Shown in pieces: positions 47,824 through 62,100 of a DNA stretch of 64,000 bases (positions are counted from its first letter, which is position 1; every line of letters starts with the position of its first letter). A program made the position numbers and the translations under genes. Source of the DNA: Schmidtea nova (Eukaryota); assembly GCA_044892505.1 (NCBI GenBank), contig CM097883.1, positions 278,070,001-278,134,000 of the forward strand. The letters run 5' to 3'. The notes under the pieces are model-generated. The model searched no databases and was not told the DNA's origin. It saw only the letters and a program-made list of their open reading frames with translations.

Positions 47824-50800
47824 ATGACTTGGGGTTTCAAAACGTGTGGCCCAAATGAGGCAATGGTTATTTCGGGTTTGTAATTGATTTTGAAATGCTT
47901 TAATTAACTTATATTTTATAGGTATGTTTTATGGAAAACCTCATTTAATTTCTGGTGGACGAGCATTCGTTCTACCTCTAATTCAACGAGTTGACAGGTG
48001 GTTTTGTTTTTTAAAAGTAATTTTAATTTTTTTATCTAGAATATCTCTTAACATTATGACTTTAAAAATTGAAAGCCCTAGAATCTATACTCAGCTCGGC
48101 GTTCCAATTACTGTCACTGGAGTTGCGCAGGTTTATTTCAATTACTAAATGCATCATAAAGTGAATTGTTACAAAATAAATTACTTAAATTGAATTAACA
48201 TGTTATTTATTAAATTCAAAATTATTTTTTTATGATTGTAAATTAAATTAAAATTTTTATAGATTTTACGATATTATTTTAATATAATTTTTTGTGTAAA
48301 TATTTTAATTTAATTAAATGTGTAATGAACTTGTTTGCTCTTTAAGTAACCATCAACAGATTTAAATGATCATCAAAACACACTTTGCTAATAGATAAAT
48401 TGTGATACTGTAGAAATATAGATTTATAGAAATAGAAGATTTATAGAAATTTAATGTTAATTAATTATTTTTATTACTTGATTAAATATTGCTGTTAAAT
48501 TATAATATTTGATTAATATTGTTTTTTGTAAATTTATATTTATCCTTTTAAATTCTAAATTTTAATGATGTTAGAAATTAAATCTAATGTTGTACAAATC
48601 TAATGTTGTACAAATCTAATTTTATAATATATGTAAATGTTATATTATGTAATAAATATAAAAAGCTATAATTAAACTAGCTGATACTGCTTGGCGTTGC
48701 CGGGGATACAATAAAAATTGTTTTAAATATTTTTCACTGAAGTGCATTTGAATAGACAATATTCTTTATTTTTCTGGAGCCAACATAATTATATTCTTTG
48801 GATTGTCAATTCTTGAAAACAGGAACTTTCCAAATTGATTCCACAATCTTTAAGCAGATTCATGTAATTCCTTGGGATTTGTTTATGGATATTGCAAAAG
48901 CTAAACGAACTGAAAATTGTAGCTTCTTGAAATGAAATGGCAATTATGTCGGAATGAATGAAATTCTTGGAATGAACACATCTGCTTCTTTTGAACAACC
49001 GGTTAGAATTGCTGCTTAAAATGTCAAAGTTCTTAACACAGAGTCTTGTATCTCTGTACAATTTTGGAGGATCCATATTTAGAAGTGGCATGATAGGAAC
49101 ATTAATTTTGAGTTCCAAATTATGAGATGGGTTTCAGTAGGTTCCACTGAATACAGAAATTCAACTTGATAAAACAGATTGAATAGGACTCGTGACATTG
49201 TAAATGGATTTGTATTGTTTAGTAGCAGGGCCAGTGCAAGGTACCTGGCGCCCCTAGACAAAGAAAAATTCATGCGCCCCTTATCAATACGTATACTTAC
49301 ATATACACATGCATCGCCAAACATAATATAGACCAGCGTTTCCCAAAGTGGGTTCCGTGGACTGATAGCAGGGGTTCTGCGAACTTTTTGTAAATAAATA
49401 ATATATAAATAAAGATTAATAAATAATTCTCGATCCAATTTAAAATTCTTTTTCAATTCCATTGATATTGCCTTCAAAAATGCATTTTCATTCTATTTCA
49501 TATGTGCCAATTCCATTTCATTCACTATATAAAAACTAGATCTGGCAACATTTGCATTTGGTTTTTGTAAATAGGGTTCCGTCAAAAATTTGAAATCAAA
49601 AAGGGTGCCGCGGTGAAAAAACTTTGGGAAACGCTGGTATAGACAAATATAAACAAATTTGGTTTAACCGCCCTACCTCTTTGAACGAGCGTGACTCGTC
49701 GTCAAAAAACTTCCCCGATCGCAACAAGCCGAGTGACGCTCGTTCATACAACAAAAGACGTTACCTAGACCCACAAAACGAGCGTTAGTTGTTCCTTGTA
49801 GTTATCTAGGTACCTAGTATGTTACATTGATATATCCTAATGATCAATAATATATTGTACAATAATATATTGATAATAATATATTGTACTTTTTTTATAG
49901 TTCCCAACCCCTGACTTTTAGGTAATATTTGGTGTGTATGTATTTATTATATAAAAGGGTTTTACAACCTATTATTGTCAAAATGACCATAACAAATATT
50001 ATTATCTTGTTTACAACAAAAAAAAACCTGATGATTTTTTTACCTACCTAGTGGAAAAAACCCAAAGTCAGGGCGGTTAAAGAAAAAAATTGAACTAACA
50101 AAAAGTTATTTAAATTTCAATGCAAAGGAAAATTTTTACAAATATTTTCATTAACTCTTTTTTAAGCATCAATAATTCATTAACATACATAACCTTATGA
50201 TTAGTAAGTTTTATTTTACAGTTCAATCTTTTCAGAGTGAGTAAGGAGTGCAATCGGCAGAAAACGTACCGGTACGTTCATACTCTGGGAAGTGAAGTCA
50301 GTCGTGAACGTACGAGTACTTTCATATTCTGAGAAGTGTAGTCAGCCGTGAACCCGAAATATGTGTTGGTATTGCCTTATTCTGAGGGCTTCAGAGAATT
50401 TAAGCATAAGATTCTCAAACATGTAGACAAGGATCAATTTAGGATTGTTTCTACGTCTTGCAAAGTTAGCAGTATGTTCACTAGTAAATGTCCAACGCCA
50501 ATTGGTTTGTGTTCTGAGCTCGTGTATCAATTTTCATGTAATGGGTGTAATGCCACATACATTGGAGAGACTGGCCGTCATCTCTGCACCCGAGTTCTTG
50601 AGCATTGCCGACCAAAAGGATTGACTAATATTAGTGATCATTTTAGGAAATGTGTCAGTGATAAAACAGGTATCTCTGATTTTAAAATTATTTCAAAAGG
50701 TTTAAGTAATTATTGGGAACGAGTAACTTGTGAGGTACTGTTGATTAGATATTTAAATCCAAAAATAAATGATCAAGTTGCCCGTTCCACGGATATTTTG

Positions 50801-53800
50801 AATGTGTTTAAGTAACCGAAGGTTGAATGTTGCGAATTGTGTTTGTGGTATAATTATGTTCGTTTTTTGTAAAAATTTTAATTTTTTTAAAATTTTTTTT
50901 TAATTTGTAAATTTTATGTTGAATGTTAAAATTTTATTAAATTTTATTTTTTAAAATAATACGTATGTTCTATGTAAAATGTGTGTTTTTTAATTAAATT
51001 TAAAAAAATTTTATGTGATAAAATAAATTAAAATTTTGATATAGTATGGAGATGATAATTATTGATTAATTTGATTAAATTTAGCATATTTTCTATTTTA
51101 TTATTGATTATCCTGATTGCGGCCTGACGAAGATCGTTATACAATCGAAATATATCGCGTTTATGTTGAATTTACTGAGTTGGCGTTTTTCTATTATTAA
51201 ATCATTGCAACGNNNNNNNNNNNNNNNNNNNNNNNNNNNNNNNNNNNNNNNNNNNNNNNNNNNNNNNNNNNNNNNNNNNNNNNNNNNNNNNNNNNNNNNN
51301 NNNNNNNNNNNNNNNNNNNNNNNNNNNNNNNNNNNNNNNNNNNNNNNNNNNNNNNNNNNNNNNNNNNNNNNNNNNNNNNNNNNNNNNNNNNNNNNNNNNN
51401 NNNNNNNNNNNNNNNNNNNNNNNNNNNNNNNNNNNNNNNNNNNNNNNNNNNNNNNNNNNNNNNNNNNNNNNNNNNNNNNNNNNNNNNNNNNNNNNNNNNN
51501 NNNNNNNNNNNNNNNNNNNNNNNNNNNNNNNNNNNNNNNNNNNNNNNNNNNNNNNNNNNNNNNNNNNNNNNNNNNNNNNNNNNNNNAAACATTTAGTCAG
51601 AGGAATGACAATGATTTTCTCAGCAAAGATTTTCGATTCGAGGTTCAATCCACTACAAACAAACTGTCATTTCTTGGACAAACATAAGCAATCTTTCGCA
51701 TTTCATAGACATAGTTTCAGTTAATACTGAGAAGCCTAATTCTTTCAAATAATAAGTTGCAAATTGCAGCTAAACTTTCACTGCTTTTAAGCTCAATTCT
51801 GGATTCAGTTTTTTTAGCGAGATCCAAACTTCACAAACCTTAACTTGAAAAAAACCTAAATTTCTGCTCCAAATCCCTTTTCAGAGATATCAACTGCTCT
51901 TCTAATGTCGATAATCCCTTGGCCTTTAATTTTCAAACAAATTCAAAATCCAATAATATTTTTCTACGTTAAGAGATGGAAAATACGCCTTCATCGAATT
52001 TTGAAGATTGTTTAAAGTCAGTTAGATATCTTCAACAATCATTTTTGTCAGTCATAAAAAATTGTTCGAACTTGTTGACTAGTAATTGTTTTTCACAAAA
52101 ACCAAGTTTTTTCTCAAATAAATTCCATTTTTCCTTGACAGTCACGAGATTCTTGTTAGGTCCTTAGAGGCTTTTGTTGAGTTCGTTGAATTTTTCAAAC
52201 AAGTCAGATAGAAATTCTACTTTAAGCCACAACAATTCGCTATGAACATCGAATTCCAGATCCACATCTTCAGTTACTAAGAATGAGATAGATTTCAACT
52301 TTAAGTGGCATATGCGTTAAAATATTTCCCTTTGACAGCCAGTGCACGTCTGTGAAATAGCAAATTCTGATAATCTGAATCCATTGCCTCACATAGCGCA
52401 GAAAACATTTGTCATCGAAGTGCGTTGGCCTTAATAAAATTAAGAATCTTGATAACTTGATTCATAACAAACTGAAATTTTCAAAACTCCTCTGTGTATC
52501 ATGCAATGGACAACCAAACCAGAAGAATTGATCTCAAGAACGAGAGCAGTGAATACTTTGTAATTTTCTAACATACTTGGAGCACCGTTCATAATTCATC
52601 CATTTAAGTTTTTTTTGATTTAATATTCTCTTTAAGCAAGTTGTAGACATCGTGGTCTTTTGGTGTTTGATTCAACTTTGAACAAAACAAAATTTGATTG
52701 TTTATTTTTCCGTTTCTTATGGTTCTGATGAAAGCAATAAGTTGACCTATACTGCTGATGAATTTTGATTCGTTAATTTGGAGAGTCCATAAACATAAAT
52801 GTGGATCATCTATATTAGCAAATAAATCTTGATTGTAGATAATTGACATGTCTTGAATCCGTCGCGATATCGTTTTGTTAGACAAACTAATCTTCTGCAT
52901 TTGAATATGAAGCTCAGTGCCAAGCAATCTTATAGCTGGCAATAGTTGTTTTTTCTGGAATTTTACTAAACACCTGGTGTCAGAGCTCATAATCCCGTGG
53001 AACCCCATTTGAGAATAACTGCTCTAGCCATCACTGCAATAGCAGGAGTTGAATATTTATTTAAATTTTAATGTAAAACAAAAAATAGTTAAAATTTAAG
53101 GAGTTTAAATTAATTTAACAATAACTAAAAAGTAGCGTGCTTCTAGTAATCTACCTTTTCTAGTTACTTGCGATTTGAGGGATGTTTAATTATAATTAAT
53201 AAATTAGTGATGCGGCCATTGCTTATTTAGGTAAAAATTCAAAGTTCTAATAAAGAAATGTTGGCTACAGCCTGTGAACAATTTCTCGGTCGTTCAGTCC
53301 ATCAAATAATGGATGTTGCTAAGGAGACATTAGAGGGTCATCAAAGAGCCATAATGGGTAACATGACTGTTGAAGAGATATATATGGATAGAAAGAAATT
53401 TTCGAAACACGTTTTTGAGGTAGCCTCATCAGATTTGGTTAACATGGGAATTAGTGTTGTCAGCTACACTTTGAAAGATATCCACGATGATGAAGTTATT
53501 TGATGATTATTAAGCTGCACATTTATTTGCTGCTTTTCTTGAAGGGCTATTTAAAATCGTTGGGCTTAGCCAGAACAGCTCAAGTAAAACGAGATGGAAG
53601 AATTGGAGAAGCTGAGGCACAAAGAGACGCAGGAATTAAACAAGCCAAAGCAGAAGAAGCCCAAGTAGCAAGTAAATTAGCAAATGAAACGCAAATCGCC
53701 CAAGCGCAAAGAGATTTTCATTTGAAAAAAGCCGAATTTGACAAAGAAATAGAAACGAAAAAAGCTCAATCTCAATTATCGTATAATTTACAAGTATTTC

Positions 53801-54478
53801 ACTAATTATTGTGATTTTCTTAATATATCGATTCATTTATCGGTAGGCTGCCGTTACCAAGCAACAAATAAAGGAAGAAGAAATGCAAATAAAAGTTGTC
53901 GAAAGAATTCAGCAGGTTAAATTGCAGGAATTGGAAATTCAACGCAAAGACCGAGAATTAGAAGCCAGAGTTAGAAAACCTGCCGAAGCTGAGGCATATC
54001 GATTGCAAAAGGTTGCCGAAGCAGAAAAGCTTCGTATAATAAAGGAAGCCGAAGGAGAAGCTGAAACAATTCGGTTGAATGGCGACGCACGAGCTTTTGC
54101 CATTGAAGCCTTAGCCAAGGCTGAAGCTGAACAGTTGGAAAAGAAAGCCGAGGCCTGGAAAGATTATGGAGTGATGAATTTTCTTATTCAATTTTCATTA
54201 ATATTAATCCAATTTGGTTTTAGAGCGCAGCAAAACTAGAAATGTTCCTTAACACCTTACCAAAACTAGCTGCCGAAGTTGCTTCTCCTCTGTCTTCTTG
54301 CAATAAGATTACCATGGTATCGTCAGGTTCAGGAGATTTAGGAGCGAATAAAGTCACTGGAGAAATAATTAGCATTATGGAGACTTTACCGAACCTAGTT
54401 AGAGGAATGACAGGATTTGATATTGCCAAGGTAATTGGAATGGATTTTAATATTGTTTAACGCTTTTAGGACAACTGA
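47824..54478 (+). CDS. FLOT1: Flotillin-1; exons 47824-47875, 47922-47997, 48040-48130, 53231-53494, 53545-53793, 53847-54170, 54224-54430, 54470-54478
   Basis: [102 protein letters not shown] introns are phase-consistent. Confidence 0.95.
48677..49210 (-). mobile_element. Helitron 3' remnant (PIF1 helicase C-terminus and CTAG end) in the flotillin intron
   Basis: [36 protein letters not shown]; VFIPRI; [16 protein letters not shown]; terminal CCCCGGCAACGCC...CTAG|T at 48677-48680. Confidence 0.85.
49334..49636. mobile_element. hAT MITE (303 bp)
   Basis: TIRs CAGCGTTTCCCAAAG / CTTTGGGAAACGCTG; TSD atatagac/gtatagac. Confidence 0.88.
49668..50076. mobile_element. TTAA-flanked (piggyBac-like) MITE
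   Basis: TTAA-CCGCCCT...AGGGCGG-TTAA, plus an internal 17-bp inverted repeat TGAACGAGCGT(G/C)ACTCG near the left end. Confidence 0.65.
50348..51212 (+). mobile_element. 5'-truncated Penelope-like element: GIY-YIG endonuclease (to 50815) and pLTR
   Basis: [29 protein letters not shown] ... [20 protein letters not shown]; the downstream pLTR contains a hammerhead and runs into an N gap. Confidence 0.9.
51121..51159 (+). ncRNA. Minimal type I hammerhead ribozyme (PLE-type)
   Basis: GGC-CTGACGA-A-GATCG TTATA CAATC-GAAA-TATA-TC-GCG; one C-A mismatch in stem II. Confidence 0.7.
52290..53040 (-). mobile_element. hAT (Buster/SCAND3-like) transposase remnant
   Basis: [46 protein letters not shown]; frameshifted. 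Confidence 0.82.
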
Positions 54479-54589
54479 GTACTCCTGGTAACCACATATC
54501 TAAAATTTATATCTAAAGTGCTTATTGGTTTATAAAAATAAATATTATATAAATGCGTCTATACTAGTGATTTCCAAATTATTGACATG

Positions 54590-54800
54590 TGATTAACAAT
54601 ATTAAAACTTTATTAAATTAACTCTAATTATATTAAACTTGATAAGTTAATTAAATATCTAGTTTATTATGCACAAAAATCAATGATAATCCTTAAAGAA
54701 AATGAAACGGCCGACAAGCTTAGTGACGGTATACAAAAAATGACTCAATTAGATAATTAGAATATCTTTAAATTTTCTTGTTCGCGAGAAACTCTATGGG
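54590..54800 (+). repeat. Dispersed repeat, second copy at ~57570-57915; a different dispersed repeat pairs ~17090-17345 with ~55975-56220
   Basis: Shared runs such as aaaatcaatgataatccttaaagaaaatga(a/g)acggccgacaa, and cgtaatc(g/a)cat(g/t)tgaaaaatccaataaaa. Confidence 0.8.
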
Positions 54801-57800
54801 CAGTCGATAACTTTGCAAGTGTGCCACGGATAAAATTACAATTCAAAATGCAGTAGACTCTCGCTAATTCGTATTCGGTGACTACGGCAAATTTTGTGGT
54901 AAATATCCGAAATGATTATCGATAACCTATTGAAAACATCTAGCTATGATCCGAAACATTCACTGTTTTGTAAAAAATTAGATTCTGTCATTGGAAAAGT
55001 TAAAGATGAAAGCGAAGGAAAAGGTTACAAAGAATAATTATTTTCAGAGATTAAATATTAGTCTTCTAAGTAGCAAGGGATCTATGGAAACAAAGAAAGT
55101 AAAATTAAACATTTTAAACATCAGTCGTACCTCGACTGTTATAATACCGATAAGACGTTATATCAAGCAACTATTTTTTCATTACCGAGGCATCATCTGT
55201 AACAAATACCACAAGTAAAACGAGAGTATATATATATATATAGGTTAATGTACATTTCAAGGTTAATGTACACATTTAACTACAAGATTAGGTAAATGTA
55301 AATATAACATACAGCTACCGATTATTTTATTACCATATTTACTTTAATATTAATATCAATAATTTCCATAATGGTAAGACTATAGAAAAAAAAGTTTGAT
55401 CTATAGTCTTACCATTATGGGAATAATTGATATTAATATTAAAAAAGGATCAAAGGTGAAACAAAATGATAATTATGATAATATTTACTTTAACCTAGAG
55501 GTAATGGTAAAAGTGCAAATGTGTTATATTTTACGTAAACTAATGAGTTTTGAGACTTGCTGTTTGAATAATTACATTTTATTTATGTTTCATTCTATCT
55601 TGGGTAATTATTTTCTTTATCTCGTAAAAATAAAGAAAAAATAATAATAAATAATTAAATAGTAAACTAATAAACAAATTCAATAAAATAAAAAAGGAAC
55701 CTATAAAAACAAGTTTTTAATGTAACTCTTTCTTTTTCGCATGTTCTCGGTTAATTTTATTGTTGTTTCATTGTTTGGTAGTTTCTTGGCAACAGTAAAT
55801 TGAAAAATCACATTGTTTCAAAATTTTTCAATGAATAATTTGTGGGCCACCACGAGTCTGTTCGCAAATTTTCAGATCGATTGGATATCGGGAAGTGGGT
55901 TAAAATCGATCCAAAGTTTGACAAGAAAACAAAAAGAAATTGAAAGTTAAAAGAAAGAGTTAAAAAATCGATCATATTTATGTTTACGTAATCACATTTG
56001 AAAAATCCAATAAAACAATTCTGGTAAAATTAGTTAAATGCACGTATATTTATTTTATAATCTTATGATTATAATTATCAAAGCCTCACAATTCACATGT
56101 TAGTATTAGTTGAGAAAATCCTTAGATAATATTTTACAAAGTGGAAACATCAATGCACTTCTTGCATGCATGTCATATTATGTTCAATTATATTACTCTC
56201 CGCTCTTTCTGGAATGATCAAAATTTGATCATACTCAGTTAGGGATATTTAAATAACTAATTTATTAATAGCATATTGTTTTATAAGTAATCAATATTAT
56301 CAAATAGTAAAAGTATTATAAGTATAAATGCTGGCACGCATAATTGTCTTTATTATTTAATTGATTAATTCGCCATTTTAAATCGTTGTTCGAATAAGAT
56401 AAAATTATTACGCGATCATTTTTATTAGAATATAATTTAATATCAATTAGAATCAATAATTAACATACTCTAAATTAGTGAACGTCCAGAAATAATTTTG
56501 CTTACGACGAACTTTGAATCAGTAACTTTGGTTAGAAGACATTTAAATAATTTGGCATGGAAATCCATAATGATAGAGAAGACTTTAAGGAATATCTTCG
56601 TAAAGTAGATAGAGCCCAAAGAGTATTTACCTCACGCCATTGAATAAATAAACAGTGATCACAAGAATTGAGGTAGTTTTAAATCACATGAGATAATGCA
56701 TTATTATTAAAATAAAGATCTTTTCAAGGATTTAGTAAATAACTATTACATAATGCGTTAAAAATAAATTTGTCTGATAATTCAGAAATAGACAGATTTA
56801 ATAGCTCAAACTACGATCTCTTTAACGAAATTTGGTTTAAAAATAAATACTAGCATTCTATCAGAAAAATTAAAATGAATTTTTATTTAAATTTTGAAAT
56901 TGATCATTTTAAATTTAAATGTTTAATTAATAATAGCTAAAAATTTAATTATTTTTATTTTCAGTTTTTATCAACTTTTTATCTTGAAATTAATTTAGAA
57001 CATGACAGTTCGAGCTACTTAATATTTCAAACAGAATTTTCGATTTTGACAAGATTAGTTATCGCAAATTTTATTCATCGTTTATCCGATTTTCTAGTCG
57101 AAATAATTATACGAATAAATTTTATTATTTATTTTACTAATTTTTATATTGATTGTATTTTTATTAAATAATTTATTCATTTCGTATTTATTTAATTATT
57201 TAGTTTTCCTTTAATCAAATTTACACTGTTAATTATAATTTGTCGTTGTATGCAATAAACTGTTTTCTTATTTAATGTGATTAATAATATACTTATTGAA
57301 TTTTATAATATATCCTTTGTTATGAAAATAAAAATTTATAAATCATTGTCTTATCTTTTCGATTTGGAAACATTTATATACGATATTGCCCCGTAAATTA
57401 TTTTAAAATATTAATGCAACCCTTAAAATAACATTTCTAGTTTATTATTTAAAAAAACTTTTATCAGAGTTTTAATAAGTAATGAAACTAGACTTTTGTA
57501 GTTAGAACTCTGGTTTATATTTTTTCATTTTGTATTTTTTTTTTAAATTCTCTTAAAATTATTCACACGTGATTAACAATATTGAAACTTTATTAAATTA
57601 ACCCTCATTATATTAAACTTGATAAGTTAAATTAAATATCCCAAATTGTGAAAATAGTTTTATTTTAACTAAAATCCATTTTCGGAATAACAGTTGTCGG
57701 ACTTACATAAAAAATTTGAATAGGTCCCCAGGAGAAGGTATTTCAAATATAAAAGTTAATTATGCCCAAAAATCAATGATAATCCTTAAAGAAAATGAGA

Positions 57801-59163
57801 CGGCCGACAACCTTAGTGGTGGTTTACAAAAAAAGGACTCAATTAGATAATTAGAATATCTTTAAAGTTTCTTGTTCAACAAATGCAGATCGCGAGAAAC
57901 TCAATGGGCAGTGTAGGATTTAGTTAATAATTAGACACGGTGTAAAATACTACGAAGAGACTAAATACAATAGGGATGAGAAGAAAAATTTAGGTTGCAA
58001 AAATTAGAGTTCGAGAAAACAGACAGAGTCCAAAGTCAGTGAGAATAAAAATTTAAAAAAGAAACGAAGCCATAACGTGCTTTAATAGTAATAATTACAA
58101 AGATTAGTTTTTCTTTCCTAAAGCATTATCATGTAGTTCACCGTTGGTAACCTTACCCATATTTAATAATTGATTAACGATTGCTTGTGATTTGTATTAC
58201 AGACGAAATAAAGTTATTTGTTAGGTTCAAATTGTTGGTCAAAGGGACGCGCGGAGTTATTCGATTGAATTCTAACTGTAACATTTTAAAATTTAACCCA
58301 ACACAGTCTAATATTATCAAATAAACGTTTACGAAAATCTTGATATTATTTTAGAAAAACAAATACAGCAATCCTTCCCACAACACGGTAGAGTCGTTCC
58401 ACGTTATGGGAAATCGCGTTGTAATTCCGTATAACGCGCTATGTCCAAAGGATTCAAGTTTAACTTTAAAATAAGTTGATTTAATGACAATTCAATTGAA
58501 ACTATATTCAAAAGTATTAAATATATGCAAAATGAATGATAAACTGTACCAATTATTATGTATTAATTTATAGTGCAAAAAACTCCATGCATTATGTAGG
58601 AGTAAACGTTGTATCATACGAGGTATATGAAGTCAAAATTAAGTAATACCGTGCTATAGGAGGGATTACTGTACGTTATTTTAAACTATTTAATATCTTT
58701 TGATTTATTTATTCTAATTGAAATTTTACTATTTCCGAAAAGATGATAGATTAAAATTTTGAAATTTCTTATTTTCTACTCTTTATAGTAAGACCATCTA
58801 ATTTATTAGAAATAATAATAAACAATAAAATAACATATTTTTCAAAAATTAAAAAGTGAAACCAAAAACTTTATTCATACCCACTATCTTAAACAAAATC
58901 TTCCTTATAGAGTTGGAATCTCTTCCATCCATACACCGTTCGAAATAAACAAATTAATACTGATAGAAACAAATAACAAATAATAATGACTCAACTGACA
59001 AAATCAAAATAATAATAATAATAATAGTAATAATAATAATAATCGAACATTAACAAAGTTTTAACTATTTTTTTTAGAATTTTTGAAATATGAAGGCGCG
59101 ATCGCGATAAAACGACCTCAGATATATAATACTGTCAATTCGAAAAATTAAAAACAAACGAAA

Positions 59164-62100
59164 TTAATTTGCAGCGACTTTACTGCCAGTTTGTTGTTTA
59201 GGAAGCCCTTGTCCCATATCATTGACTATAACATTTTGATTTTTATGAGACTGCAGAACATTCATGGCTTCTTCTATTTTTGTTGTCAGGGAATCTTCTG
59301 ATTCCAGCATATGAAGCAATTCAGTATTATCAATTTCCAGGAGCATGCCAGTAATTTTACCAGCTAATTCTGGATACATTCTATGCACTAATGGATACAA
59401 TCGTTCTCCGAGCATTTGTTTTTGTTCAGCAATCGGGGCGGATGCCAAGGTGGAAATGGTCAAGGGTTCTAGGTTTCCTGACACCAGTTGATTTGGGCCA
59501 TTGTTAATTGGTCTATTTACGTTTTGATTTCCAGAAATTACAGATTGGCCAGTAATCTAATAATATGTTCGATAATGGAAGGTGGACAAATTTTAAACTA
59601 TTAAAACTTTTGTTCATAAATTAAATGTAACTTGTAAAAAACGGCTTACATAACTTGCGCCGCGCCTAATGATTTTATCTGGCACCTTGACACTGAAATA
59701 AACAACTAGTAAGTAGACCCCCTGAGGTAAACCTCATGCAACAGTTTTCTGTGATTATTCTAAATATCATCTTGCCAAATTTATCGTAGGACAACCCTTC
59801 TTTTCCCTCCTCAATATTTTCCAATACTTGTTGTATTAATGGTTATTGATTTTTTTAAAATATAGATTATCACGAAAATGTATCCTTAATTTTGGGCCAG
59901 CCCTTGAAAACATACAAAAATTCTTAACCGCCCCCAGATCAATGTAAGTTGAGCATATCTGTTGTAAATATGGAAAATCCAATAATAATAAATATTTCCT
60001 AAAATTGATCAAATTTTAAATAAAAACTTTTAACTTCAAGCAAACTCTCCATAAAAATCAATTACAAGCAAGATTCCTTAGTGAAAAAATTTAAAAGGAA
60101 AATATCTTTAATCTTATACAAACTAAACTAGATGGTGGCACTTGATTTTATTTCTAAATTATATTAAATATCATATATATTATGTGTAACAGGGTTAAAA
60201 CTCCGAGTGCAACCGGGTAATAATGCTAGTGTTTATATCAAAATGAACATTTACTATTATTTAAGAAAGTTATTTAATGTTTATAAGATTAGCAAATTTG
60301 AAGCCATTATGCACTTTATTTTTCATTTCGTCTTATAAGCCTCCGATTCTCAATCTGTGTTCAAAATTCCTTGGGTTTTTATAAATTTTATATACACTAA
60401 AAAGATTTAAACTGATTTTTAAACAAAATTGTTTGTTTGTTATCATTTTCAACGTTTCTAAAGTGAGAGGAGTTATGAAGAAAGTAAGAAGTATGCAAAA
60501 GACAAAAAACTGGAAAACAAAAATAATCTCAAGTACCAGAGAAGGGCAATCTATAAAAGGAATAAACTACAGTTGTGCAATCAGAAGAAAATTAGTAGAA
60601 GAGACAAAGTTAGTAGAAGTGAATTAATAAGTGGAAACGAATTCGTAGAGAAAATAGAGAAGAATTTTGGAGGTAGTAAAACGAGTTACTTTCTGATTTA
60701 TTGAGTTCAAGCTAGAAGTAGCGAATAATAACAGAGGTATTCTTCACAAGATGTCGTAATAAGCACTGTATATAACCTTGTGGTGATATTGAATTGGTCT
60801 ATATCATTGTAAATCTGTGTAACCATTTGTGATAATCAATGAAGGTTTATATTGTCTGAAAATTGTTAGTTTTTTGGATCAAATAAAGCACATTTGGAAT
60901 CAGAGAGTTAATTGGTAACTTTATACTTCAGTAACAACCCAACATTTATTTCAAAAAATGTAAACCGAAATTTGAATAAATCATAGAAGTCTTTTAGTGC
61001 TATGCTTTTAGTACATAAAATCTTTAAATGGTTTATTGAAAATAGCATCCTAGGGTTTTAATTGACCACCCCAGAAAAGGTTCTGGGAATGCCATTAAAG
61101 ACTTTAAAGATTTAAATTATTTATATTGTAAACAAAAGAAGCAACTTCAGAAATAGTTAAAAGTTTTTGTAATTAGAAATATATTTACGTTAAGTTTTAC
61201 TTTTTTTATAAATCGATTAAGTTTATTTATTAGAGAAAATTCGATTTGGCCAATGGTTGCTGTTATTAATTGAACAAAGGATTCACGCAAGCCCTTACAA
61301 GCAATGTCTATGACTAATGAAATGATACAATCAAGTTTAGAGATTTGGTTTGAGAAACATGTGAATACGAAAAAAAAGTTCGTAAAATTTTATTAAATTT
61401 CTAATTTCAACTTGTAAAATTGTAACAAAACTATTTTATTGGGTTTCAAATATTACATTAAGCTCAATAAAATACTGCAAAACGCATACTATTTCTTTAT
61501 ATTTAATAACCTGTCAAAGTAACCGTTTAATTTTTGGAGAAATTTATTTGATGGCACTCACTATTTATTTGAACAGCTAGTAATTAATATATAATTAAAA
61601 GCTGTTACCAGATTCTGCATCTTATAAAATGTAGTGTAGGATGAAAACCATATTCAATAATATAATAGAGCAAAAATTGTTTCAACTCAGTAATCACTTC
61701 AAAAAATATGTACGCTTTTAGTCAATATCTAAAATACCTACTAAAACAATTCCAGTAATAACAATTATGCGGTAAGGTTGAAAAGTCCTTAGATTCGTAT
61801 AGGAATTATAAAGTTAGAACAAAGTTCCTTTATATTTGATCATTGGTAATTTTTAAAAAAATGTTTGATGCAGTGCAATTTAGAAGGGTAATTCGATTTT
61901 TAATTTAAAAAAAAAAAAAAGAAAGAGATTATTCAACATATTGAAGAAGCATGTCGAGGCTCTTTCAATACTAACAAGATATAATTGGATTCGGGAGTTT
62001 ACATCTGATAGAAAGAGTGATTTTAACAGTAAAAAACGCGAAAGATCTGTAGAGATTGGTGGAGAAAACATTGCGAAATCGAAGTAAATTGTGTCTATAA

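Noticed and set aside
31313-51687. ORFs full of X (31313-31679, 33072-33422, 51163-51687)
   Set aside because: Artefacts of reading through N gaps.
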